A DNA stretch of 64,000 nucleotides from Eledone cirrhosa. Taxonomy: Eukaryota. Both the position numbers and the translations under genes were made by a program. Positions within the stretch are counted from its first letter, which is position 1; each line of letters opens with the position of its first letter. Shown here one piece after another: positions 29,158 through 43,429 of the stretch. The notes beneath the pieces were generated by a model that was not told the DNA's origin, searched no databases, and saw only the letters and a list, made by a program, of their open reading frames with translations. The stretch is from positions 346,208,001-346,272,000 of the forward strand of contig OZ024740.1 of NCBI GenBank assembly GCA_964016885.1, given 5' to 3'.

Positions 29158-29453
29158 GTTTGTGTGTGTGTGTGTAACTATATTTATTTATTTGTTTACT
29201 TATTCCACAAGCTGTATATTTTCAATGACCTTCTCTTGTATATATAAGTATGTATGGTTATTTGTAAACATCTAAGGTACGAACACGCATGAACGCGTGC
29301 AATATATCTATATATACGTATATAAATAATTTCTTGCACGGATATATATATGATCACGTTCTCAAATATCATTTCGCAAACAACAATTGAGTCTTAAAAA
29401 TAACATAGGGTTCCGCTCTTTCTCACATTATTTAAGATGTATATTTATATATA

Positions 29454-29932
29454 CTAACAGAAAAACCATCCTCGGGTGGTTTTCTGCTAGCATGTGTAGT
29501 GTGTATATTGATATTATACGCAAGTATATATGCATGTAGATATGATCAAATAAAATCGTAATTGACAATATACACAGAAATTTGAACGAAGACTGTATTA
29601 CACTGCCTTGTGTAATCAGTAACGTAATCCATGACACATTAAAAAAATACGATATTATATATAAACTGCATTAGGAGAAAATTAGTGACAGAAATATATG
29701 AATATTTATTTAAACGATCACTAACTGGAAGTGTTGACATTTGAAAATGTTTAAGAAGTGAATCTTTAAATAAGTAATAACATATATTTAATGAACAGCC
29801 ACGAAATTTAGTGGATAAATTATGTAATATTCCTTCATTATTTATTCAAAGTAATCCAACTTATTTTACTAATGAGATAACAAATTATAAGCCGTACGCA
29901 GTCCCGCACTTCTTACTTTATTATAGTTTAGA
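29454..29932 (-). mobile_element. Non-autonomous Helitron-like element
   Basis: Minus strand starts A|TCTAAACTATAATAAAG and ends in a hairpin (agaaaacca...tggtttttct) plus TTAG|T; both ends are shared with 51291-53359. Confidence 0.65.
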
Positions 29933-29942
29933 TATACATAAA

Positions 29943-29999
<57 letters not shown>

Positions 30000-30009
30000 T
30001 TATGATTTG

Positions 30010-30185
30010 GCACAATCATGCTGTCAATAAAAACACACGCACCTGTTCATTTTTATCGCAATTTATTATAAATTTCCGGTTGGTTGGTTGGTTCGATAGC
30101 CGGATTATTCATATATTCTAAAGCTCTTTCGTCACACATTATCTGACTTCCTCAGTGACAGGGTTTTTACTTTGTGTCTCTCATT
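30010..30185 (-). mobile_element. PLE pseudo-LTR fragment with hammerhead-like motif (30118-30160)
   Basis: Minus strand CTGAGGA-A-GTCA...TGAC-GAAA-GAGCTTTA; homologous to 62890-63030. Confidence 0.6.
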
Positions 30186-30225
30186 TGTTCTGTCTTACAC
30201 CATTGCATGAATACACACCACGCAC

Positions 30226-30299
<74 letters not shown>

Positions 30300-30718
30300 G
30301 CATAAATATATATATATTCATGTGAGTATGCAGTGGTGGACTGGACAGGTTCCCAGATTGCCCAGTAGCAAGTGGACCCCAGGGTGCCCACTGTAGCATT
30401 GCAGGGTCCACTCAAGTATTTTAGGAGCAATGCTTTGCTTTTAAAAAATACCTTAATTCTAAGTGAAAGAAGAAATTTTAAAAATATAAATAAAACAATT
30501 AAGCAAAAAATTTGGTCAAGCAAATTCCCCAGGAAATTACAAGAAACCCAAATATACGATAGTGAAAATAGCTGGAATCAGTGGTTGGACATACCACTAA
30601 ATGTAAAGCTTAGTGTATTCATTCATGCATGCAAATATACGTATATAGACACAGATACAGAAGCATATATATAAACCTTTGTTTGTACTGCCTCTCTGTT
30701 TTGTTACCGTTCCATTTT

Positions 30719-30759
<41 letters not shown>

Positions 30760-30859
30760 GTATATATGAATTGGTGCCCTAAAATAGCGTTATATATGTG
30801 AATGTATATATAGTGTATTTTGCAATACACTGAATGCTTAATTAAAACCATTTTGAAGA

Positions 30860-31318
30860 CCGTACGCTACCATAAAGGGCCGTAACTCTTTGCTACAAAG
30901 ATAAGCGTCCGACGCTCTACCGATACTGCCAATCCACCGCCCATTATATGTGGTGAATTGGCAGTATCGGTGGAGGGTCGGACATGCTTTCCAGCGTAGT
31001 TACGTCCCTTTACGATCTGAGTTCAAATCCCACCAAAGTTAACTTTGCCTTTCATCGTTACGGGGTCGATAAAATAAAGTACCATTAATGTACTGGGTAT
31101 TTGCTGGCCTTGTGCCAAAAGTGAAAACAATTATATAGGCGGTGGATTGGCAGTATCGGTAGAGGGTCGGACGCCATGCTTTGACGCATAGAGTCACGGC
31201 TCTTGTTCAATTCCCATCGAGGTTAACTTTGCCTCTCATCCTTACGCGGTCGATAAAATAAAGTACCAGTAATGCACTGGGTATTTGCTGGCCTTGTGCC
31301 AAAAGTAGAAACAATTAT
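30860..31318. mobile_element. Three SINE copies: minus-strand head (30860-30942), plus (30950-31135), plus (31138-31318)
   Basis: ggcggtggattggcagtatcggtagag head and its reverse complement; core and tail recognisable. Confidence 0.85.
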
Positions 31319-31321
31319 ATA

Positions 31322-31379
31322 TATATAATGCCAATCATTGTAAGAATCTAACTTACATGCAAAAAGATATATATATATG

Positions 31380-31447
<68 letters not shown>

Positions 31448-32725
31448 TGTGTGTGGGGTAGACATGATTGCAACAGAAATTAAAAATGGATTACAGGTTA
31501 AAATATAGTCTAGATAGATGAGAAACCAAACGGGGAAGTAGTTTATGGAACACCGAAATGATTTAGAAGTCGAACTTAAGTAGGAGCAATTAAGAAAGAC
31601 ATGAACAACACCACATCATAGTGTTTCGAAAATTTTGAAAGTAGGTTTATAAGTATGAATTTTCATAAGATTCTCGTAGTTGCCTCTCTGGTCTGGTGGT
31701 AGGTACTAGAGACGGTGGAGATTCTGGTCTTATGCTCAATCCGGGTGAAGTGGTACATGTAGTCTTTTCAGTTTCTAATTTACATTCCATAGAAAAAACT
31801 GAAAAGGTTTACCGAGAACGCTACTCCCGACCAGGATCGAACTTCCGACCAGGATCACCAACGGCTATGATTCCTCCAACTAGGCCAGCGACACAGCTAC
31901 AAAAGTATATAAACATTAATAATTATAAACCTACTTTCAAAATCAGAGTTAATAAGATCTGGTGTTGTTCATGGCTTTCCTAGATCTATTAGTCAAATTT
32001 AGGGTCGACTTGTCAACCTTCTGCCTCTTAGGTAATAATATTATTATCCTGTGTGTTGAATTAATTTAATTTGATTATTTTAACAAGCAAATAATATATA
32101 TAAATAAATAAATAAATATATATATATATATATATATATAATGCCAATCATTGTACGTTTGAATCTGACATGTAAAATCATATATATATGAATAAATTAA
32201 GCCCAAATCATAGTAGATACAAATATCACCTAGAGTAAGAGAGGGGGGGAGTAGAAATGAGGTGCAACAGAAATGAAACATGGATTACAGGTTAAAATAT
32301 AGCCTAGATAGATGAGAAACAAAACGAGGTTGTAGTTTATGGTACACCCAAATGATTTATAAGTCGACCTTAAGTAAAACATGGACGACACCACATAATT
32401 TGTTTTGGAAATTATTAAAGTAGGTTTATAAGTATGAATTTTCACAAGATTTTCTTAGTTGTCTCTGCGCCCTGAGGTAGGTACTAGAGTGGTTGAAGAT
32501 GGGTTCAATCCTGGTCAAGAGGTACTCTTTTTCAGTTTTTATCATAAACTGAAAAGGTTTACCGGGAACCCTACTCCCGACCAGGATTGAGCTTCAGACC
32601 TGAATCACCACCGGCTATGATTCCTCCAACTAGGCCACCGAGACAGTTACAAAAGTATAATGAAAATTAATAATTATAAACTTACTTTCAAAATCAAAGT
32701 TAAAAAGATGTGGTGTCGTTCCTGG
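31322..32725. repeat. Diverged tandem duplication (~31322-31975 / ~32137-32725); each copy contains an internal inverted repeat with tRNA-like A/B boxes
   Basis: Shared atggattacaggttaaaatatag, aaagtaggtttataagtatgaattttca and ggctatgattcctccaactaggcca; minus-strand TGGCCTAGTTGG...GTTCGATCC at ~31830-31890. Confidence 0.8.
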
Positions 32726-33484
32726 CAAAATACATAATATTTTTCTGCAAAAATTTGATTACACTTTTTTGTTTAAACATATGTATTTTTTGAAATGTTA
32801 TTTATTCATTATAAAAATTAAATGATATCATTCTATATGTCGGTGGGCTCTCTTCATCTCCTTGCAAGCAATATTTTGAGACCCAGTCTGCCTCTGCGTG
32901 TATGTATATACGAATATGAATTTCGTAAATACGGTATGTTTAATAAATAAGCTCTTTGAAAGGCCAGCTATAAATATGGTAGGACTGACGGTCAGCGCTG
33001 TCTAGCTGGTTCCAGCAAAATCAGCGGGGTACACATGTCTATCTGCATTTCAAAATCCTGGCGCTCATCAGGAGAGTGCTCCCCCTACACTCTGCTGAAA
33101 CTTGAAAGAGGCGAATGTATGCAGTCTTTTCGCCTGTGTAGGTAAGCTTATTAGTCTCATTTGCAAATAAAGCTGTATAGAATTGAAATTAACTTCAGCA
33201 TAACTGTAAACATACAGGTACGTGAATTATGTATATGTACGGTAAATTTAATAAATAAACAGTTATTAAATATACCGTATATATAAATATTGAATGGGTT
33301 AGCGCCAGCGTCGTCTAGCGGATTCCTGCAGAATATATAGAATATATATATATAATGTATATATATATACAGATTACATTTATTGTATTCAGCCATGTAG
33401 AGCGATACATTTGTTGTAATCGATTAACCATTTATTGTATTTAGCCTTGTATAGCGATACATTTGTGTTATATATTTATAAATA

Positions 33485-33566
<82 letters not shown>

Positions 33567-33718
33567 TTATATATATATATACATATATTTAAAAGTTAAA
33601 CAGGGTTCAATGAATAAATCAAAGAATGAGTTTTACAATAAATTGGAAGCACTCAATATATCTAGCTCCCAGCAGGTTGAGCGCTTTTCTCTACAATAGA
33701 TTGCATATTTAATAAATA

Positions 33719-36700
33719 ATGGAATTCTTCACCTTCCCGACATCTCTCAAGGATATACATATACCATCTAATGAGGAATACATGGGGAAACTTATAGAAC
33801 AAACAAACTCTTTTATAAGAAGTGTGAGACGGCGCGCATTTCATTTTGATAATAAAGAAGCTAAAAGAAAACAATTATTTCGAAACTATCTTTAAATCCA
33901 GAAAGAATCCTCCATACAACAAACTCCTGGAGGATTTTGAAACTGAAATGCTCAATATACTTAAGAAAATTAAATTCGGGAAAAACCCATATATAGGTCA
34001 CCAATACCTTAGAACTTTAAAAGAAACATTCTCGGATATAAAAAAAGTTAATAAAATATTGGTAAAATCTGACAAAACAAATAATTTATATGGGATAAAT
34101 AAAGAAGAATATAATGATTTGATTTTAAAAGAACTAAGGAAAATTATAAAAAAAGCCCCGGCCGAAGATCTTACAGAATGATGCATATAAATTATTTGCA
34201 AATTAGGAATTGAAGGAAGAACCGAGCCTTTAAACATCACAGAAGAAACTTTGAGGAAGACCTGCCAGTTAGACTGATTGCTCCTTCCAAATCAGATATT
34301 GGAGTAATCAGTAAGAATATTATTGATATCATTCTACCTATTTTGAAATTGAGGTCTAAATTGAGCTTGTGGAAGAATACAAATGAAATGATTGATTGAT
34401 ATAAAAATATAGATAAGAAAAACCATAAATTTATCCAGATGGACATAATAAGCTATTACTCTTCCATTACGCCTAAACTACTAAATAAGGCTTTATCCTA
34501 CGCTTACAAACATACAGATCTAACTACGGATGAAATCGATATCATATTAACTGCTAGAAGAACTCTAATTAATTTCAACAATGAGATAGAAATAGAAACT
34601 TCGACATTACCATGGGATCATCGGACTCAGCGCAAGTCACGGATTTTCTGGGGATTTTCATCTTAAATATGATAAATAGAAAACTGCCGGTGATTACCAG
34701 TGGTTTATATAGGGACGATATTTTATGTACGGTTGTTAAACACAACAATAAAGAACTAAATAGGGTAAAGAAAAATATAATTGAATTCTTCAAAAATTAC
34801 GACCTTAAATTAGAGGTGGAAAGTGGTACTAAAATAGTTCATTTCCTTGATGTTACCCTCAACTTAAACTCTGGTTTTTATTACCTTTCCATAAGCCCAA
34901 TGAAAACTTAAATTGCGTTAGTTATTACTCTAATCACCCTAAATCTGTAAAAAATGCAATTGTCAATAGTTTACAGAAACGCCTAACTAGAATATCTGCA
35001 CATAAATCAATATTTGATGAAAAAGCAGGATATTACAATGATGCGCTAAGAAAGGCAGGTTATAAAAATAATATAGAATATATAGACAATAAGAATCCGA
35101 ATCTTAATCCTGGCATATATAAACGAAATTCTAAAAATTATAATTTAAACACCTGTAAATCGGGGAAAAGAACCAGAACTAAATCAGTTATATGGTTTGC
35201 ACCCCCCTGCTTCTGTAGCAGTAAGAACACCACTAGCTAATCTATTCTTTAAGGCTTTAGATAATTCCTTCCCTAGTCAACATAAATACCGTTCCATATT
35301 TAATAGACACACAATTAAGCTTTCTTATTCTACAACTATGAATATGGCCCAAAACATCGCTAAACTAAATAGTAGAATTCTAAACCAAAATCAGCATAAT
35401 GCTGTTAATAATAGTGTTAATATAAATAATAATAAATCAAAATGTAATTGCAGAATTAAACCAGAAATTTGGTGTATAAATGCACCGTAAAAACAAATAA
35501 TAACACAAAGAGCTACATAGGTGCAACGTCTTCGACATTTAAATCGAGATTTGCGAATTACAAATGCTCGTTTTCGAATTTTAATAGGAAGTCTTCGAAT
35601 TCTTTATCAGAACTTATATGGTCATTAAAAGACAAACATTTAAAATACTCGATTTTTTGGACGAAGCTTTGTAATAGTAAAATCTACTCGAACTCGTCTA
35701 TATCAACTAACTGCAACCTCTGCACAAAGGAGACCCTATTAATAATTACTAATTATGAAAACTTAACAAAAAAAGTGAGTTATTCTCAAACTGCCTTCAT
35801 AAGGGCTTTGTCTACATTCCAAGCCTCGCAAAATGTCAGGAAAAAACACTAAACAAACAGGCTTTAATTTCTGATGTCTCTTATCAACTGTTGGACCTAA
35901 AACGTTATAACAGTTTATAAAACTTTAATAATACTTTATCTTCTATTCATTTATGATAGAATTAATGTTAGAATGAAGGATCCTGTTTAGGTATATAAAC
36001 ATATTATTGGGTTCTCTTAATAAACATGCACACCTTTGGATTATTTTAGATATTTATAATTTAGATTCGGATCTTTATATATTTGTCTCTGTTTTAAATA
36101 TATAATTTGGATATTTAACTTGTAAGATTACCGGTTATAATTGAACCGTAGATCATTCATGCATTTATATATTTTACCCATTTTGGTTATGTTTTGGGAA
36201 TTCAGAAAGTTACATTTGCATTTATATATTTTTATCCAGGTATAAATATAACAAACCATACTAGTCGACAAATATTGGTCTCCCTCTCCAATGAACTGGA
36301 GCTAAAACTACAATTATAGCTTTACTAATAATGATTGTAATTATTTACTTATTAAATGTATATCGTTTCATTAATACCTATAATACTCTCTATATATAGT
36401 TGTACAAATATGTTTATCTAGTAATTACATTTATAAAAAATTTAGATACTCAAATGACTCTCTATTGTTATAAGTGTTAGATATTCCCTGGATATTCGAA
36501 AGTATATAATGATTATTACTTAATTTAATATAATTTAATTTATTTTAATTACATTTAGATTACCTTCGGCTTTTTCAAGTCTTTAGCTCCGCTTTCTATC
36601 ACATTCGCTGGACATTTTAGAAGTATCTTTTGTCTACTATATATTAAAAGCCTCTTACATTTTAAACTATATTTTTAATATTGGGCATTTTTATGTTTCG

Positions 36701-37810
36701 CAACCAATTCATTATTTTTCACTTTTTATTTTTATTTTGTATCTAGCCCTTATCCTTAGGACTCATGTAGTTTTGACTTATATATTTATAGTATATATCA
36801 ACTACATGGTCCTTTTACAATAATCGATATGAAACATTAATTTTTAACAATATTTTCAGTAACCTATTTACTATATTGTATTATTGTATTATATTATGTA
36901 TATTTGAAAGGTATCACCTTAAGTCTTTATACAATTACACCTTTGTATATTTTTTTATTAACACATATATGTAATTTAAAATTCAGACCTCTTTAAGTTT
37001 AATTATAAGGCCTGTTGATCCTTTAGGCACTCAAATTGTTAATCATAAATTCTTTAATAATTATAACTGTAATTATTTTATAAATTATATTATATAAACT
37101 GTTGTCAATATTATAAATAATTTCGTGAGGTTGTAAAAACATTATGTTTTCTTTCTCGTGTTTGTAAATCCTTTAAATTTGATTTCATAAAATTTGATTT
37201 TAGAAATTAAACTTGAGAGTATACCTTAAAATTAATACAGATACCTATTAACATTTAAAACCTAAAATATTATTCATTACTCTGATCTAACTTAAATTAA
37301 ATATTTTGAATATTAGCGGTCAACCAAATAAGTTTAGATATATATTGTATATATGGATAATTGTCTAAAAACTTTAACATAAATTATTCCCTTTGTATCT
37401 CTCTCTCTGTAATCAACACTCTTTTGTCTTTCGAGGCAACTACTAACTATATTATCCCATCAGCTGTTTCTTCCTCTATGCTTTCCTTTCTTTCCTCTTT
37501 CTTCAGTAATTTACATTTTGTAACAGTTATATTGATGCCATGTATTTTTTAAGCTATCTCACAAGCACCCTCTTTATTGTATGTATTATATATTTTTGTC
37601 ATGTTCTCAATATTAAGGTATATAAATATTGAGTTTTGTCATATATTACTCACTACCATGACTGAATCTTAACCATCTACTATGTCAGGGTATGTCATGC
37701 ATCATCTTATTTTATCTGATGAGGACGTACTGTTGAACTTAACTCAGTACCTCTGAAATATGTATGATAAAATATCACAAGAATATCTATTTTGTTAATA
37801 TTTTGAATTA
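33719..37810 (+). mobile_element. Near full-length degenerate Penelope-like element (Hydra-clade-like); ORF remnant 33719-35850 plus a long AT-rich 3' region
   Basis: MEFFTFPTSLKDIHIPS, VKSDKTNNLY, RLIAPSKSDIG, DIISYYSSI, MGSSDSAQV, GLYRDD, FLDVTLNL, SNHP, IKLSYS, VYKCTV...YIGATSSTFKSR, CNLC; hammerhead-like motif at 37716-37765, then (TA)n. Confidence 0.85.
37707..37775 (+). ncRNA. Hammerhead-like motif at the PLE 3' end
   Basis: tattttat-CTGATGA-ggac-gtactg...cagtac-ctct-GAAA-tatgta-tgataaaata. Confidence 0.5.
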
Positions 37811-38227
37811 ATATATATATATATATATATATAGTATGGCCGCGTTGTCGATTACTTTAGCGGCAATCCAACGAAGTTTGCTTGGTTAGGAGGGTGAGTT
37901 TGGACACACAGCGGGACGAAAAACAAGACCTGACAAAGGGCGTAGAAACTCAGAAGAGTTAACGGCCCTCGGAAAATGTAAAAATAAGTATTTAATGTGT
38001 GGATGTGTATGAGTGTGGGATTGATTGCTCTCTTATCATGGAACATGTGTGGTTCCTCTCATAGCACGAAAAACATGAATGAAACAAGGAAAAAATGAAG
38101 AGAAACAAATGGGGGAAGAAGAGTTAATGACATAAGTAGATAAACTTAATAAAATGAACAAATAGAGGACAAGACAACAAACGGAAACAAAACAAAAAGA
38201 AAAAAAATATATATATATATGTATGTG

Positions 38228-38275
<48 letters not shown>

Positions 38276-38276
38276 A

Positions 38277-38369
<93 letters not shown>

Positions 38370-38384
38370 AATATATATATTTAA

Positions 38385-38470
<86 letters not shown>

Positions 38471-38481
38471 TTAAATATATA

Positions 38482-38529
<48 letters not shown>

Positions 38530-38732
38530 TAAACGGAATAGAAAATGCTGACAAATTGTTCACAGTTGAAAAATGGTTTAATTAGGAATAAAAGAGTATT
38601 AGTGATTGTATGGGTTAGTATTCAGTTGTGGTTTTAAGTTTTTAAGTTTTTACCGGTTGCGCATTTCTAAATGCTTTTCAAAAATAATTTTGAGATAGAG
38701 TGTCCGTGCTGTTTGCTATATATATATATATA

Positions 38733-38899
38733 TAGGAAAAGAGTCAGGACCCCGACAACTGAGCTCCAGCCGGATCCGGACGCTGTCGAAACAGGCGGAG
38801 CTCAGCCGTCAGGTCCTGACTCATTTCCTGTTACCCACTCTACTATCCTAAGTATCGAGTACTCTGGTGCTTTGTGGTCTTTACCACACTGTCTTTGTT
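38733..38899 (+). repeat. Hairpin-headed short element in (TA)n
   Basis: ggaaaagagtcaggacc...ctgagctcc / ggagctcag...ggtcctgactcatttcc around gtcgaaac; tail has gagtactc. Confidence 0.75.
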
Positions 38900-40044
38900 A
38901 TATATATATATGTATTATGTACATATACATTGGACAGCATCAGCATATCGTCTGGAAATCATGTATAGAGTATACAGCTATTTCTTAATAATGCAGTGAT
39001 CCAATAAACTATATTATATCAAAGAAATATTCGAATTCCTGAAATGTTAATCACATGATCTACGTTGTCATTTATTATAATTGTTGTTTATTTTTTTTAT
39101 TCTAAAATTTTCCTTTTTCTGAAAATAAATTATAACTGCAAATGCTATGAAATAAAATGTTAGTTCTAAAATGCTAAAATAACCCCGTTTATTGATATCA
39201 GTTTTCAGGTAAAGCTGTTCTTAACTCCTATTTCGTTGCATTATATTAAAGTATGATATTTGAATATTGTTTTCTCATTTTAAATTTGCTTTTGCTATTT
39301 TTTCTTCAGATTAAATTTATTTGTCATTTGCATTAAACTTTCTAAATACATCTTTTCATATTTAAAACAGTGTTAGTATCTTCACTGTAGGCCAATGGCC
39401 TAAGGATTTAAGATTTTTGTGATGTCGAAAAATATTGAAAATTATTCATATTAATGCCTCTCTTAAATATTGATTCACATATGCAAAATGCTCAAATTCT
39501 CTTCAGGGAATCGTAATTATTCATAGGGTGTAGTAATAGTTCAAGAAAGAAATATTTAGTTAATTTAATCCCCACTCCATAATTACTGATATTTAGACAA
39601 TAAAGCTTCGCTCTTCTATCTTTATGATGGAAGAAACACTGACAACAGTTCATTTAATTTCTAGCCAGAAAAATATTGCCTTTAGGTCTGAAATGAATCT
39701 TAATATTGTTAAATTTATTTTTTTCTTTTGTTTTCATTTTCAACTCTTAGTGATTCAATGAATTTATTTTATCCAAATTATCTGAGATGTTTCAATAGGG
39801 ATTATTGTTCTAGGATCTCTCATTGACGAAACGCCTCAAGAAGAAACTTCTACTAAAATAATAACGATGCTTCTTCTCTTATTACCCTTTCCGTCCTTGT
39901 TACCATGTACACCCTGTCATCAGAACATGCCTTCCTTCCGTTTTAACTGTTTATTGTCATATGAAGATACACTTTGAAGGATACTTGTTGCAAGGCAAGT
40001 TATGCATAAAAAACAACCCAACCCCCTCGAATATATATGGAATA

Positions 40045-43000
40045 CTAGCAGTTTAGCCCGGCGTTGCTCAGGTTTATTCATTTGCTATGAAAAGTTACAT
40101 ACAGGTAAACGTGGCTTGAAAGCGAATAAGCTTATCAATTAAGTGCATAAAGCAGTTGAAACGGTTATTAAAAGTTACGAACCAATTAGCATTTTGAACA
40201 ATTAATGATGGGTTAATAATCTTCCAACAGCGAATTTAGTAGAACAAATTTGCAAGATAGTGGCCCTGATGCCGCTGGGTGTCAGATCTGCCCGCCATGG
40301 GTGACCCTACCAGTTTTCCAGACGGCATAGCTCCAACACCTCCAACACCTGCACCAACATCTATAGCACCTCTTTGTAGACGATATTGCGGGTCATCCCT
40401 TGAGGAGTGTAAGCAAAAGGTCCATTCCTGCTCCCTACGCGGGAACAGGCAACATAAAGTTGGCCATGGGAGAAGCATGGCTCCCCCAAATGGATGCCCG
40501 CCACCGACAATGTTTGCCCTTGTGACTTGTTAATGGACATGGCAAAACATGGTCTCACCCGGAATTGGGATCGCCGGAAATCGAACGGGATATCTGACGC
40601 CGATGGGAAAAGGTTCATCCTTGGAATGAAAACATTCTCCCCTCTCCTGCACCCCGTTACGATGGTGGCCTCAATCAAGTTGGTCGTCAGTGATTTGACG
40701 ACCATACAAGTACCGTCGCACTGCTTTGGTGGACGCAGGTTCCTTATTAGCATAATGGGACAGCCAACCCTAATCTTAAGAATGTAAGGTGGAAGCCCTG
40801 GGGGCTCAAGGGAATTTAATAACACAACCGGATAATTAACGATATCATCGTGGTCCGACGTACGGTCGATAGATTTGAAGATGTACTCTTTACCGGGAAT
40901 CTTCTCAATCAGCTACTCGTTAATAAAATTAACCATGGTATTTTTCAGAGCAAGGATGGCTCTTTCGCTGAGCTAATCGAGGTTTTTAAAGTTAGATGAG
41001 ACATTAGCAAAAACTGCTTCACAAAGGTCAGAAGGGCTGCTCACAATGTTGCACAGGGAGTCGATTGCTATGCCGCCCTTGTCATCGGCAGGGACCTTGC
41101 CCTCACCAAGTGCTAAAATGTTCTAAGCAAATACTGCAGACATGTTGTCACCATGCAAATAAGCACGCATATTTGTGTTCAGGTACAAACTCTTCCCCTG
41201 GAGCCACAAAATGGACGACTTATGGCAGGCACGCACTTCATCAGCTCTTGTCCCTTTGAGGATGACAGGCAGCGTTTGCTGAAAATCCCCTGATAGCAGT
41301 AGGGTTACGCCACCCACAGGAGCCGTAGAATCCCTAATGTGTTTCAGGGTCTTGTCCAATGCCTCAAGGGCACTCTTGTATGCCATTGTGCACTCATCCC
41401 CCCAAAAGAGGCAACAATTTTTGAGAACCAGAGCTTCGTGTAAACTCTTGCTGATATTGTATGTTGGTGTCTCAGTATTTCCTCAAGGGGAGTTTAAAGG
41501 TTGAATGTGCTGTCCTGCTTCCCAGCAGCATAGTAGCAGCGATCCCGGACGATGCAACGGCCAACGCAATTTTTTTCTCCTGACGAATCTTAGCGAGAAT
41601 CAATTTCGTTACAAGACTTTTTCCGGTACCCCCAGGACCATTGAGAAATTAAATACCCCCAGTCTGATTTTGAACCGCATAAATGATAGTTAAATAAGCC
41701 AACCTTTGGTCCGACAGAAGTTTGGGCTCATTTTCCTCTAAGTATTGGGAAAGAGATTCGACGTCATATGCTGTTTCCCGCAACAAATCCGGGGCCAACG
41801 TGTTAGCTTCCTCTCTGACGGTTCTGGGCAAGCAATACCTCGCCAACTTACTCCCACCCATGTCGAGGAGGGCGACCTCGATATCAATAAGTTCTCTGTT
41901 GTAGATAAAGTCGCTGTAACAAAGAACTTCCACTGAAGTATACTGCAGATGAGCCAGGCGCAGGAAGTCCTCAGACATGAAGTCTCTGTACTTGACCCAT
42001 AAAGATTTGGGATCACCCAATTCACACTTTTGTGAGTTGCCGTAGACCTTTAGGTGATTTCAACAATGCACCTTCTGCTAAAGTGGAATCCCATTGCGAA
42101 TCATCTTCCAAAAGATCACGCTTAAAGCAGGCTTCCCGTTACGTATCACATATTTCTCCATCAACAGTTTTGAGGTCCTGAAAATTCTGTGAGCTTACAA
42201 CCTCGTGCAGAAGAAGGCGGAGATGAAAGCACTCATGCTGACTTGGGGGCACAGTGTAAACCCTTCCAAGACAGTGTCAAATTATACACCAGGATGTCTT
42301 TCAACAGCCTGACCTGACATTCTTCGCACCCAAGTGTTTTTCGACCATATAAAGTAGGATGGAACCTGGGGGTACACAATTGTTTACGCAAATGTATTGA
42401 ACTGGCAAAGTTTGAAGAAACCCGTCAGAGCGGTCTCTTTCAGGTCGCTGGCCAATTTGGCTGCGGTTTGGTCCGTAAAGTAAACCCTTTGCAAATTTTC
42501 CAAATGTACCGCAAGCTGTACGATGGCTAGGTGCCGTTGGTTTAGGGGTAAACCAAATAGGCGCCAAAAAGCTTCATTGCTACTGATGTACCGCCCCGCC
42601 AGGTATTCTGTGACCTCGTCCCTGCTATTTTCAGCTTGACATGCGAACATTGCGGCATTAGAGCCCTTATTTACATATGTATTTTATTGACTTGACGGAG
42701 TTGCAAAACTCAACGTTGATGTGGGCGTTGAACATCTTCAAGAGAAGCGGGCAGTAAAGGACCACCCATCTATTGTCGACTTGACCTCCCTTTACTGTTG
42801 TGGGGAAGCCACCGTTCTCGGGCCGTCTCCGCCTGTACGTTGCCACCAGTCTGAGTCTTGTCAACACATTTTTGGGGGTATCACTTACTGCATGACCTCC
42901 CCTTTCAGACACGTGTGATGCTCATTAGGACCCTACGCACACGGACCATTTTAGCTTTGACGATGTCATGTAATTCCTGGTCAGTTGCTGGGTTAGGGAT

Positions 43001-43429
43001 TCCAGCCGAAATGAAGCGGTCTATGGCATTTGAATTGATTTTATCAGCTAACCAAATCAAAATGTGAGCATGTGGCAGCCCTCGTTTTTGCCATTCGACG
43101 GTGAACATGTCACATTTTACAGCCCCAAATACATGACCCTTTTTTATTAAAGCCATGAGTTTAGCCAGTTTCAGTCTGAACACTCTGGCAATGAGGTCAT
43201 GTCTGTTCGAATAATTTTGACCAGGAAAAAGTTCACGGGTTACATTTCGATTCATATGTCTATAGCATTAATCTGTTATATGAAGTGTTATTTTGCGGGT
43301 TGTTATTTGCAATATCCGATTGAAAATGCCCCCAGATAAGCAGTATGTCAATACGGAACGCTCCACTGCAGTGTTGTCATATAGGGAGTGAAGAGCGACA
43401 GAGAGAGTAAAGCAGTTAAATTATAGAGA
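40045..43429 (-). mobile_element. Helitron with degenerate RepHel, internally deleted, termini apparently retained
   Basis: Rep motifs VEWQKRGLPHAHIL and KSIKYICK; Pif1-type helicase GPGGTGKS, DECTM, LSGDFQQTLPV, FAMSINKSQGQT, HGQLYVACSRV; 3' hairpin 40057-40072 plus CTAG|T; candidate 5' A|TC at 43429. Confidence 0.9.

Noticed and set aside
30331-30600. Possible hAT MITE starting CAGTGG with an internal gtggaccc/gggtccac hairpin
   Set aside because: No convincing second terminal inverted repeat or 8 bp target-site duplication
33035-33085. Minus-strand CTGATGAG...GAAA as a hammerhead
   Set aside because: Stem II does not pair convincingly
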